From Lingula anatina (lineage: Eukaryota > Animalia > Brachiopoda), in NCBI GenBank assembly GCA_051362555.1, contig CM120649.1:2294001-2358000 (forward strand): a stretch of 64,000 bases of DNA, written 5' to 3'. This document shows positions 25,180 to 38,039 of the stretch, piece by piece. How positions within the stretch are numbered: the stretch's first letter is position 1; each line of letters begins with the position of its first letter. The position numbers were made by a program, and so were the translations under genes. Below the pieces are notes generated by a model. It ran no database searches. It was not told the origin of the DNA and saw only the letters and a program-made list of their open reading frames with translations.

Positions 25180-26815
25180 GTTACAAGCGGTTTATACTGG
25201 TAATTCCAGATTCTATCACTCCACATTTGAATCCCAGCAGGGAAGTTAAAGAGAGCACTAATTATTTGTCCAGAATTATTCAGCAGGTAACATTTAAATT
25301 GATTTTCAATTTTTGACACACACTCAGATACTGTGTTATACATGTATGAGAGAGACTGGAGTAGGTTCTTATATACTTGGGATAAACGCACGACGAGACT
25401 CAGAATGTAATAGTGAACCCTGTTAAAAATGCCATATGTTAGTCTTCATGATGGCGTATGTCCTGTACTAGTTTTGGCCATAGATGATTGATAATAAAAT
25501 TGACTTTCTGAATTTAAGGAGGCTCTCTCATATTAGCTTGAACGCATGTACTTTTTTCACGACAGTGACTTATAATCAAAATACACCATGCAATAAAATA
25601 TGTAAATCATCATTTAATGAAATCGTTGCTGTTATTTGATCAAAGCTACGAATATGTTAACAGAACGTTGCATTAGCGAAGTTTTATGGGACGCAACTCT
25701 TCAAGAGGATTATCACCATTTTTTCATATACTTTACTATATGCTGAGTAGATTTTGTCTTATAATTTCTCACAAAAACGCTGGTAAAAATTTTTTTTTTT
25801 TTTTTGAAATATGAAATATAGGCCTAACCTCTAACGTTCGCTTTTCTTTTTATCTAGCTCTATCTAGCTCCACTGGCAGTGGCTGGACCTCTTACGCATC
25901 AAAATAAAAAACCTATTTAGTCTCTTAAGAGACGGTTAAGCAAAACAAATTATAAACAGTTATCGTTCTTCTCTCCTTCAGAAATTTCACTGGGATAGAG
26001 TTCCTAGGGAATGGGTGAACACTATAAACCGAAGAAGGCAAATGATGTTTCAGATGTGCAAGGATCTGAATGAACCCATTGAAGAAGAAGTGCCAATCAG
26101 TGTATCCAAACAACAAATTCCCGACAGAAACTACGTTGACGACATCTACCGGATAATTCTGTGTCCAATCTCAAAAACAGCCAGCAGATCCTGGCTTAAG
26201 ATATATTTCAAACTGAATGGACAGATGAACACTTCTGTAGAATACAACCAAATGCCTCGCCAGTATTTCGAACAATACGTACGTAAGCTTAAGACGTACA
26301 CTGATTTTGGTATCCATGGTCGTGTGAACAGTTACCTAAAAATAATGACAGTCCGCCACCCTCTGGTACGTCTTGTGTCGGCATACAAAGAACAGGTGGT
26401 GCCACCACATGGGCTGTTAAATGGTGCATTGGAGAAATTTAACATGAAAAGAAGACGCACGAGGGACGGTAATAAAACAAACACAGTTACATTTGAAGAT
26501 TTTCTGCATTTTATCCTCCAACGTCCAAATATCCATTGGAATGACTTCAATACGTTTTGTGCCCCTTGCAAAATGCAGTATGATATCGTTGTGTATTTCG
26601 CGACAATGGCAGAAGACCTCAGAAACACTCTCATTCTCCTGGGCGCAGACGACATGATCCAACTCCCGCCTTCACATCGTGTAAATCAAACGTCGTCTGA
26701 CGATGAAGCACGGCAGTTCTATCAGGGGGTAGACAGGGACCTTTTGAAGCAAGTTATAGCAAAGTACTGGGTCGAGGAGAAGTATTTTGGATATAATATG
26801 AGCTTGTTTTCATAA
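24215..26815 (+). CDS. Carbohydrate sulfotransferase (CHST11-like), copy 3
   Basis: Exons 24215-24302, 25210-25286 and 25982-26815; frame intact. The exon 2 acceptor has lost most of its pyrimidine tract. Confidence 0.88.
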
Positions 26816-29665
26816 ACTAAACAACGCCAGTGCAATAGCTTTATGAAGAATCTTGATAATGAAGTTTACAAACCGGGGCTTTGATAGTGGTAATAACATT
26901 GGGAGACACGGGTATTTGTATTTCGCTTGTAGACATGGGAATTTGTATTTGGATAAAAAAGAATATTAAATACTGGGTACATTGTATGGTTACAGAAATG
27001 TTTATTATTACAGAATTAAAATGAAATGTGATCTTAATTAACTCATGGAGATGCGTGTTCACAAGTACTTGAGACCCATCAAAAACAAACGTCATTATAA
27101 CGTTACCATAACGTCAATTTTACCAAAAAAACAAAATGTTATGGCCACGTTATAGTAACGTTATAATACGTAATGTGTTTGCCGGGGATAGCTTGAAATA
27201 TTTGAATGTCTACTGAAGAAATATCAAGGGGTATGGCTTTTGTGACAACTTCCAGCGCCGCGTAATAATAATAATGAGTAATAATAATAGGTTTATTAAC
27301 GCATACCTGCCATAAGTTGAAGTTGTACATTTATTAAATGTAATTAAATCATTTATATTAAATATGGGATATACACTAAGACCAAAAATAAAACGCAAAC
27401 TTCTGAAAGTTTGATAAAAGCTAAGGGGATAAAATAAAATATATTCAATAAAGACCAAGATGAGTTAAAAAAAAACACTAAGTGATAAAGAATGAGTTAA
27501 ACGTTCTGAATTTTTGACACTAAAATTTGACTGTCTTTGCTTTAGCCGCACAAGTGTCGCACATAGGGTTTTAAGATGACGAAGATCACAGAGACATTTA
27601 CCTGTCACAAAGAGTATTTATCATGGAAGTCACATTGTGCCTGGTCGTCTGAAATGGGATGCAGCAATTCTTACAGAAGCATACAAGAGGTAAATGTTAC
27701 AGAGAAGGCAGCTGATGTGTTGGGTTTGGAGAATACTTAAACGTATTTTATGTCTTCTTGATCAAAACAAGTTCAATACAGTGACGAACAGAAAAGGTAT
27801 TAAAGTGACAAACACAAGTACGATGTTCGAAATTTGGCCGATGACGGCCGCTTTTATTGTGAGTCCCTCTAATAAATGAAATGAAGTAATTTTAGAATCT
27901 AAAATGGAATAATTGTGACAGTGCCTAATTACGTAACTTTTACGTCTGAAAAAACTTTATTTTATATATAATTCCCAAACAACGTAGTGCAGACGTTCTA
28001 ATTTGTGGGTTAGACCTGGGAGATACCGCAGGAAACACATAACGTTGTTATAACGCTACCATAGCGTTCTATACAGTTCTTTGTCGGATTTTTTTCTGTA
28101 GAAAATTCAATTCTATGCACATTTCGGTTTTTCAATTTACTGCCTTTATCTGTATCTGAATAAGTGACCACATAGCCAGCTATTTAAGGGGGGGGGTCTT
28201 TTTCTGAAAAATTGGACCTTTTACCATTAAACCTTCGTATACCTAGAAAAACCTTTATCCAGAATGGAAAGTTTCCCGTAAAAATGGAACGATATTCTTT
28301 GTTGCCTTCTTTCCTGTTGTGAATGAACCTATGAAAGTTTGAGGCACCGAAATTCTGTCAACCGTCACTAAAAATCAAGTTGCTTTTGATGACGAATCAA
28401 GATTTTTGTTCTCCATCGATGGTCAAATAAGAGTCCTTAGACATGTTGCAAAATATCTCTTGCAGGAGTGGGTGCAGGGTATTATTGACTGAAGTGCCGG
28501 GTCAGTCCGTATTTGGAGAGCATTCCATGCCCATGATTTTGGTACATTGTTCCTTCTGGAACAGAACGTTATTTGGGCATTTAGCATGAAGTGGACACAG
28601 AAAATGGCTTCGGGAAATTTCCAAACGCTTACAGTGTACTTCTCATTGGACTCCTACGAATTAATTTGCAACTTATAAAGACGATAGTAATGGTCTAAAC
28701 ATACATGAGTACTGGGTAGGTTGTGCAATAATGACGCCATATTTGCGGTATCATTGCACTCAAACAAACGGGTCTTCAGTGCCCTATGCACAAAATAGCA
28801 CCAAAGAAGCAAATGTCTCCAGATATTGGCAAAGAAAATGACATGATCGTGCTTAGAAGAGTTCTTTTAACTTTGTCAATGTGTAGTGCATTTATCAGTC
28901 TGGATATGCATTAATATGATTATATGCGGGTTTTTTTCAATACCAGAGATTAAATAAAACATTTGTTTAAGACATGGTTTGCTGTATAACTTTACGCATT
29001 GCATTAGGAGTGACACACATTTCGGTGCAGGAATACATGATTAGTACGGTGATTTCCATAGAAGTGAAAAAGTGCAATATTATCTATTAAAAAAAAAAAA
29101 ACAAACAACAAACAAATGTAACATAATTTATATGCAATAAGATCCGATTGCAATTAAAAAAGCAGCGTGTCAAGCAGCACTTGTGTCCATCGCACACGGG
29201 AATTTATCCCCTGTAGGCTGCAGCAATGTAGTAATCATTATAAACTGATTAAATGCACATAATGTAGAGCTGTACCGGTATATAAGAACAGAACATGACA
29301 TTTTACTCTACTTATCATTGTGCTGTTTACCGACCTGAGACCCTAAATATGCTGATGCTTTTTAGGGTATCATTTGGATGCCCTGGACTCTCAGTCTGAC
29401 ACCCCAGGGCTATCCAACTGCTACCTGTGGGTCTCAGTTTGGACCCTACTGCTGGATTCCTCTAAAGGCCTCAGGATTTATCCCCTGTTTCCCTTAGTGT
29501 ATGGTGACATCAAATTATGAGTATATTTATATAGCTGTTTAGTTAATATGGCCCTGATTACTATAATATATATTTTTTAGATGTCGGTTACTGAGCATTA
29601 ATTGTTAATAAGCCCTTTTCTTGTCGCTCAGTCATTCTACGCTTATATAATACATGTATAGTGTA

Positions 29666-32221
29666 ATGGCGAGATCGGCAACAATTGCTGCTTGCTTCAT
29701 AGGACTTTGCGTGAGTCTCGTGTTGCTGTTGGCACGGAGTAGGAATCTCATAGGTAGGTGGCATGATTAATGAAACATTCTCGAATATAACATTTGTCCA
29801 AATTTACTGCCATGATATTGAAGTTGACGATGAAAGAGGTTTAGCCCTTCCTTGTCGTAAAGGGCTTTAAATTAATCTTGAATGGATTAAAAGAAGCACC
29901 AGTGAAAGATATAAGAGCCACGCCTTGTAAAAAAATCAAAGAGGATCGTCAGTAGCTTTTGGTGCTGTGAGAATGTTGTAAATATGCAAAATCTACTTGC
30001 AATGAAAATAAAAATACATGCGCTGCGGCTGGTAAGTTTTAGATACTTTATAAAGTGCAAAATGCTATGGTTTCTTGAGACCATTGAGAATGCCAACAAA
30101 TTCGGGGATTCATTCTGTCAGGATTAATTCGTTGCAGCACTTGGTTCACTAGTGTAGACTTTTTAACTGTGGCTACACCTAAGAATGGAATTTATTCCCA
30201 CTTTTACTGTGTGGTATACACTCTCCAGCCAAAAGGAACGCAAGACTATAAAAAATATGAAAAGAGATTTTATTAATCCCTGTTTTAAGTTGGTAATTAA
30301 GTAACCTTTTAATTTCTTAATTATTTGTTTCAATAAATTTCCCTGCTTTAATCTATTTTACGGGGCATTTTATTATTTTTCACGTTTTATTGTAAAGTCT
30401 CCTGAAAAATCTGTATTTTAAAACTCAGAAGAAATATAATTATTACTATGATTATTATATTTTAATTATTAATTTGTGATAATACTCTCCTCTAAACCAC
30501 GCAAAATACCGTTAAGTTTTAAGATTGGCAATTTCTCGGATCATACATATATATACGTTACAAGCGGTTTATACTGGTAATTCCACCATATTGTGTTTTC
30601 CAGATTCTATCACTCCACATTTGAATCCCAGCAGGGAAGTTAAAGAGAGCACTAATTATTTGTCCAGAATTATTCAGCAGGTAACATTTAAATTGATTTT
30701 CAATTTTTGACACACACTCAGATACTGTGTTATACATGTATGAGAGCGACTGGATAAGGTTCTTATATACTTGGGATAAACGCACGACGAGACTCAGAAT
30801 GTAATAGTGAACCCTGTTAAAAATGCCATATGTTAGTCTTCATGATGGCGTATGTCCTGTACTAGTTTTGGCCATAGATGATTGATAATAAAATTGACTT
30901 TCTGAATTTAAGGAGACTCTCTCATATTAGCTTGAACGCATGTACTTTTTTCACGACAGTGACTTATAATCAAAATACACCATGCAATAAAATATCATCA
31001 TTCAATGAAATCGTTGCTGTTATTTTGATCAAAGCTACGAATATGTTAACAGAACGTTGCATTAGCGAAGTTTTATGGGACGCAACTCTTCAAGAGGATT
31101 ATCACCAGTTTTTTTCATATACTTTACTATATGCTGAGTAGATTATGTCTCATAATTTTTCACAAAATCGCTGGTGAAGAATTGTTTTTTTGAAATATGA
31201 AATATAGGCCTATAATCTCTAACGTTCGCTTTTCTTTTTATCTAGCTCTATCTAGCTCCACTGGCAGTGTCTGGAACTCTTACGCAATACTTTCTTTTGT
31301 CATAAAGATAAAAAACCTATTTAGTCTCTTAAGAAACGGTTAAGCAAAACAATTTCTTAAAACAGTAATATTTATTTTCTCTTTCAGAAATTTCACTGGG
31401 ATAGAGTTCCTAGGGCATGGGTGAACACTATAAACCGAAGAAGGCAAATGATGTTTGAGATGTGCAAGGATCTGAATGAGCCCATTGAAGAAGAAGCACC
31501 TATCAGAGTATCCAAACAACAAATTCCTGACAGAAACTACGTCGACGACATCTACCGGATAATTCTGTGCCCAATCTCAAAGACAGCCAGCAGGTCCTGG
31601 CTTAAGATATATTTCAAACTGAATGGACAAATGAACACTTCTGTAGAATACAACCAAATGCCTCGCCCGTATTTCGAACCTTACGTACGTAAGCTTAAGA
31701 CGTACACTGATTTTGGTATCCATGGTCGTGTGAACAGTTACCTAAAAATAATGACAGTCCGCCATCCTCTGGTTCGTCTTGTGTCAGCATACATAGAACA
31801 GGTGGTGCCACCACGCGGGATGTTTAGAGGTGCATTGGAGAAATTTAACAGAAACAGAAGACGCACGAAAGACGGCAATAAAACACGCACAGTTACATTT
31901 GGAGATTTTCTACATTTTATCCTCCAACGTCCAAATATCCATTGGAATGAATTTAATACGTTTTGTGCTCCTTGCAAAATGCAGTATGATCTCGTTGTGT
32001 ATTTCGAGACAATGGCAGAGGACCTCAAAAACACTCTCATTCTCCTAGGCGCAGACGACATGATCCAACTCCCGCCTTCACATCGTGCAAATCAAACGTC
32101 GTCTGACGATGAAGCACGGCAGTTCTATCAGGGGGTAGACAGGGACCTTTTGAAGCAAGTTATGGCCAAGTACTGGGTTGAGGAGAAGTATTATGGATAT
32201 AACATGAGCTTGTTTTCATAA
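29666..32221 (+). CDS. Carbohydrate sulfotransferase (CHST11-like), copy 4
   Basis: Exons 29666-29753, 30604-30680 and 31388-32221; intact. Confidence 0.92.
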
Positions 32222-34119
32222 ACTAAACAACGCCAGTGTAATAGCTTTATGAAGAATCTTGATAATGAAGTTTACAAACCGGGGCTTTGATAGTGGTAAT
32301 AACATTGGGAGACACGGGTATTTGTATTACGCTTGTAGACATGGGAATTTGTATTTGGATAAAACAGAATATAAAATACTGGGTACATTGTATGGTTACA
32401 GAAATGTTTATTATTACAGAATTAAAATGAAATGTGATCTTAACTCAGGAGATGCGTGGTCACAAGTACTTGAGACCCATAAAAAACAAACGTCATTATA
32501 ACGTTACCATAAGGTCAATTTTACCAAAAAAAACAAAATGTTATGGCCACGTTATAGTAACGTTATAATACGTTATGTGTTTGCCGGGGATAGCTTGAAA
32601 TATTTGAATGTCTACTGAAGAAATATCAAGGGCTATGGCTTTTGTGACAACATCCAGCGCCGAGTAATAATAATAAGTAATAATAATAGGTTTATTAATT
32701 AAATCATTTATATTAAATATGGGATATACACTAAGACCAAAAATAAATAAAACAAGAACTTCTGAAAGTTTGATAAAAGCTAAGGGGATAAAATAAAATA
32801 TATACAATAAAGACCAAGATGAGTTAAAAAAAAAAACACTATAGTGATTAAGAATGAGATAAAGGCATTTTAAACGTTCTGAATTTTTGACACTAAAATT
32901 TGTCTGTCTTTGCTTTAGTCGCACAAGTGTGGCGCAAGGGTTTTAAGATGACAAGATGATCACAGAGACATTCAACTGTCACAAAGAGTATTTATCATGG
33001 ACGTCACATTGTGCCTGGTCGTCTGAAATGGGATGCAGCGATTCTTACAGAAGCATACAAGAGGTAAATGTTACAGAGAAGGCAGCTGATGTGTTGGGCT
33101 TGGAGAATACTTAAACGTATTTTATGTCTCCTTGATGAAAACAAGTTCAATACAGTGAAGAATAGAAAAGGTATTAAAGTGACAAACACAAGTATGATGT
33201 TCGAAATTTGGCCGATGACGGCCGCTTTTAATAAATAAATGAAATGAAGTAATTTTAGAATCTAAAATGGAATTATTGTGACAGTGCCTAATTACGTAAC
33301 TTTTACGTCTGAAAAAACTTTATTTTCTATATAATTCCCAAACAAGGTAGTGCAGACGTTCTAATTTGTGGGGTAAGATCGGGAGATACCGCAGGAAACA
33401 CATAACGTTGTTATAACGCTACCATAGCGTTCTATACAGTTCTTTGTCTGATTTTTTTCTGTAGAAAATTCAATTCTATGCACATTTCGGTTTTTTAATT
33501 TACTGCCTTTATCTGTATCTGAATAAGTGAACGGTATTTGCAGAGCATTACATGCCCATGGTTTTGGTACATTGTTCCTTCTGAAACAGAACGTTATTGG
33601 GGAATTTTGCATGAAGTGGACACAGAAAATGGCTTCGGGAAATTCCCAAACGCTTACAGTGTACTTCTTATTGGACTCCTACGAATTAATTTGCAACTTA
33701 TAAAGACGATAGTAATGGTCTAAACATACATGAGTGCTGGGTAGGTTGCGCAATAATGTCGCCATATTTGCGGTATCATTGCACTGAAACAAACGGGTCT
33801 TCAGTGCCCAATGCACAAAATAACACCGCAGATGCAAATGTATCCAGATATTGGCAAAGAAAATGGCATGATCGTGCTTAGAAGAGTTCTTACTTTTAAC
33901 TTTGTCAATGTGTAGTGCATTTATCAGTCTGGATATGCATTAATATGATTATATGCGGGTTTTTTTCAATACCAGAGATTAAATAAAACATTTGTTTAAG
34001 ACATGGTTTGCTGTATAACTTTACGCATTGCATTAGGAGTGACACACATTTCGGTGCAGGAATACATGATTAGTACAGTGATTTCCATAGAAGTGAAAAA
34101 TTGCAATATTATGTATTGA

Positions 34120-34168
<49 letters not shown>
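34120..34168. repeat. poly-A tract
   Basis: Expanded relative to the short A-run at the same position in the other units. Confidence 0.9.
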
Positions 34169-34170
<2 letters not shown>

Positions 34171-34473
34171 AATGTAACAGAATTCACATGCAGTTAATTT
34201 CCGAATGCAATTAAAAAAGCAGCGTATCAAGCAGCACTTGTGTCCATCACATACGGGAATTTATCCCCTGTAGGCTGCAGCAATATAGTAAGCATTATAA
34301 ACTGATTAAATGCGCATAATGTAGAGCTGTACCGGTATATAAAAACCGAGCATGATATTTTATTCTAATTATCATTGTGCTGTTTACCGAACTGAAACCC
34401 TGAATATGCTGATACTTCTTAAGATATAATTGGATGCCCTGGATTCTCGGTCTGATACATAATATTTAGTGTC

Positions 34474-35280
34474 ATGGCGCGATCGGCAACAATCGCTGCT
34501 TGCTTCATTGGACTTTGCGTGAGTCTCGTGTTGCTGTTGGCACGGAGTAGGAATCTTCTAGGTAGGTGGCATGATTAATGAAACTTTCTTGAATATAACA
34601 TTTGTCCAAATTTACTGCCATGATATTGAAGTTAACGATGAAAGAGGTTTAGCCCTTCCTTGTCGTAAAGGTCTTTAAATTCATCTTGAATGGATTAAAA
34701 GAAGCACCAGTGACTGATATGAGAGCCAGGTGTGTGGAAAACGCCTTGTAAAAAACACTGAGAATAAAATTGGAGTCATTTGACTCTCTAGTCAGAGTCC
34801 AGCACCCCTTGACCCTCATGGAGTTAATTTGACTCCTATATAAGGGTCAAATTACCCCACTTCCAGAGCTTTAGACTCTCTTATCAGAGTCAATCACCCC
34901 CTGGCTTTCATGGAGTCAATCTGACTCTAAAATCAGAGTCAAATTATCGGGGGCCAGTGTCTGGCTGACCCCTTTCACCGACTCTTTTCGCTCGTTGGAC
35001 AGTAAGCTTCGTTTCATTACTTGTGATGACAGTGAGCAGACGACGTGGAGAGAACAGTTTTCATCATCCTTTGTCAGTATAAACATTACTTTATTGGCCT
35101 TGGTTTTATGCATGAACAAGTGGTTATCTGTGTGTTTCTGCATGCAGAACTCGTGCACTGAATTATTACTGGCCCGGGCTTTCAGTTGCCACACCCTTTA
35201 TGTGATATGTTGGTATACAGGTTGTAGGTTTGACCCACCTACCCCTGTCAGTGGAGAGGTATGCTCACTTATTGACTCAT

Positions 35281-35325
<45 letters not shown>

Positions 35326-38039
35326 ATGCTGTTTATTACCAGATTTACAAACTGTTTGTTATTGCTGTTTAAACACCACATATGACCGCGTGGCCAAGTG
35401 GTTATGCTGTCTGCCTCTGGAGCGGGAGGACGTGGGTTCGAGCCCGTCCGAGGACACAACAATCTAAGATGAACCATACCTGCTGTCTCTCCCCTTCACG
35501 CTGATGTTGTTGTTTATGTTCATGATGTGCCAAGGAGTCAAAAATTCCTTACTATTAATCATGGTGACTCTCTTGTAGAGATAAATCAAGGGATGAAGGG
35601 ATGTGTGGATGGAGTCAATTGTGACCCTTCTCTGGGGTCTGGGGTGGCATTTCTCCATCGGAGTCAACTTGACTCCAATTGGGGGTTATTTTAGGCACCA
35701 CTGCTGGACTCCAAGTTTGGAGTCACTTGAACTCCGATTTTATTCTCAGTGAATCCAAGAGGATCGTCAGTGGCTTTTGGTGCTGTGAGATTTCATAGAA
35801 TGCTGTAAATATGCAAAATCTACTTGCAATGAAAATAAAAATCCATGCGCTGCGGCTGTTATGTTTTCGATACTTTATAGAGTGCAAAATGCTATGGTTT
35901 CTTGAGACCATTGGGAATACCAAAAATTCGGGAATTTATTCTGTCAGGATTAATTCATTGCAGCACTTGGTTCACTAGTGTAGACCTTTCACTGTTGCTA
36001 CACCTAAGAAAGCAATTTATTGCCACTTTTACTGTGTAGTATACACTCTCCAGCCAAAAGGAACACAAAACTATTAAAAATTATGAATAGAGCTTTTATT
36101 AATGTCTGTTTTAAGTTGGTAATTAAGTAACGTTTTAATTTCTTAATTATTTGTTTTAATAAAATTCCCTGTTTTAATCTATTTTACGGGCCATTTTATT
36201 ATTTTTCAAGTTTTATTGTAAAGTCTCCTGAAAAATCTGTATTTTAAAACTCAGAAGAAATATAATTATTACTATAATTATTATATTTTAATTATTAATT
36301 TGTGATAATACTCTCCTCTAAACCACGCAAAATACCGTTAAGTTTTAAGATTGGCAATTTCTCGGATCATACATATATATATACGTTACAAGCGGTTTAT
36401 ACTGGTAATTCCACCATATTGTGTTTTCCAGATTCTATCACTCCACATTTGAATCCCAGCAGGGAAGTTAAAGAGAGCACTAATTATTTGTCCAGAATTA
36501 TTCAGCAGGTAACATTTAAATTGATTTTCAATTTTTGACACACACTCAGATACTGTGTTATACATGTATGAGAGAGACTGGAGTAGGTTCTTATATACTT
36601 GGGATAAACGCACGACGAGACTCAGATTGTAATAGTGAACCCTGTTAAAAATGCCATATGTTAGTCTTCATGATGGCGTATGTCCTGTACTAGTTTTGGC
36701 CATAGATGATTGATAATAAAATTGACTTTCTGAATTTAAGGAGGCTCTCTCATATTAGCTTGAACGCATGTACTTTTTTCACGACAGTGACTTATAATCA
36801 AAATACACCATGCAATAAAATATGTAAATCATCATTTAATGAAATCGTTGCTGTTATTTGATCAAAGCTACGAATATGTTAACAGAACGTTGCATTAGCG
36901 AAGTTTTATGGGACGCAACTCTTCAAGAGGATTATCACCATTTTTTTCATATACTTTATTATATGTTGAGTTGATTTTGTCTTATAAATTTTCACAAAAT
37001 CGCTGGTGAAGAATTTTTTTTTTTTTTTGAAATATGAAATATAGGCCTAATCTCTAACGTTCGCTTTTCTTTTTATCTAGCTCTATCTAGCTCCACTGGC
37101 AGTGGCTGGGCCTCTTACGCATCAAGATAAAAAAACCTATTTGGTCTCTTAAGAGACGGTTAAGCAAAACAAATTATAAACAGTTATCGTTCTTCTCTCC
37201 TTCAGAAATTTCACTGGGAAAGAGTTCCTAGGGAATGGGTGAACACTATAAACCGAAGAAGGCAAATGATGTTTCAGATGTGCAAGGATTTGAATGAACC
37301 AATTGAAGAAGAAAAGCCCATTAATGTGTCCAAACAACAAATTCCGGACAGAAACTACGTTGACGACATCTACCGGATAATTCTGTGTCCAATCTCAAAG
37401 ACAGCCAGCAGATCCTGGCTTAAGATATATTTCAAACTGAATGGACAGATGAACACTTCTGTAGAATACAACCAAATGCCTCGCCAGTATTTCGAACAAT
37501 ACGTACGTAAGCTTAAGACGTACACTGATTTTGGTATCCATGGTCGTGTGAACAGTTACCTAAAAATAATGACAGTCCGTCACCCTCTGGTACGTCTTGT
37601 GTCAGCGTACAAGGAACAGGTGGTGCCACCACATGGGCTGTTAAATGGTGCATTGGAGAAATTTAACATGAAAAGAAGACGCACGAGGGACGGTAAAAAA
37701 ACAAACACAGTTACATTTGAAGATTTTCTGCATTTTATCCTCCAACGTCCAAATATCCATTGGAATGACTTCAATACGTTTTGTGCTCCTTGCAAAATGC
37801 AGTATGATATCGTTGTGTATTTCGCGACAATGGCAGAGGACCTCAAAAACACTCTCATTCTCCTGGGCGCAGACGACATGATCCAACTCCCGCCTTCACA
37901 TCGTGCAAATCAAACGTCGTCTGACGATGAAGCACAGCAGTTCTATCAGGGGATAGACAGGGACCTTTTGAAGCAAGTTATGGCAAAGTACTGGGTTGAG
38001 GAGAAGTATTATGGATATAACATGAGCTTGTTTTCATAA
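34474..38039 (+). CDS. Carbohydrate sulfotransferase (CHST11-like), copy 5
   Basis: Exons 34474-34561, 36432-36508 and 37206-38039. Intron 1 is enlarged by a 996-bp transposon. Confidence 0.9.
34756..35751. mobile_element. Non-autonomous CMC/EnSpm-like (CACTG-ended) DNA transposon
   Basis: TIRs CACTGAGAATAAAAT(T/C)GGAGT, many subterminal GGAGTCA/TGACTC repeats, and a 2-bp AA duplication relative to the empty site TGTAAAAAATCC in copy 3. Confidence 0.85.
35384..35456 (+). pseudogene. tRNA-like sequence (pseudo-tRNA or SINE head) inside the transposon
   Basis: A box TGGCCAAGTGG and B box GGTTCGAGCCC; anticodon arm TCTGC-CTCTGGA-GCGGG (CTG). The acceptor stem has two mismatches and the T arm is irregular. 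Confidence 0.65.

Noticed and set aside
35384-35456. Functional tRNA-Gln(CTG) gene
   Set aside because: Mismatched acceptor stem, irregular T arm, no oligo-T terminator directly downstream, and located inside a transposon.
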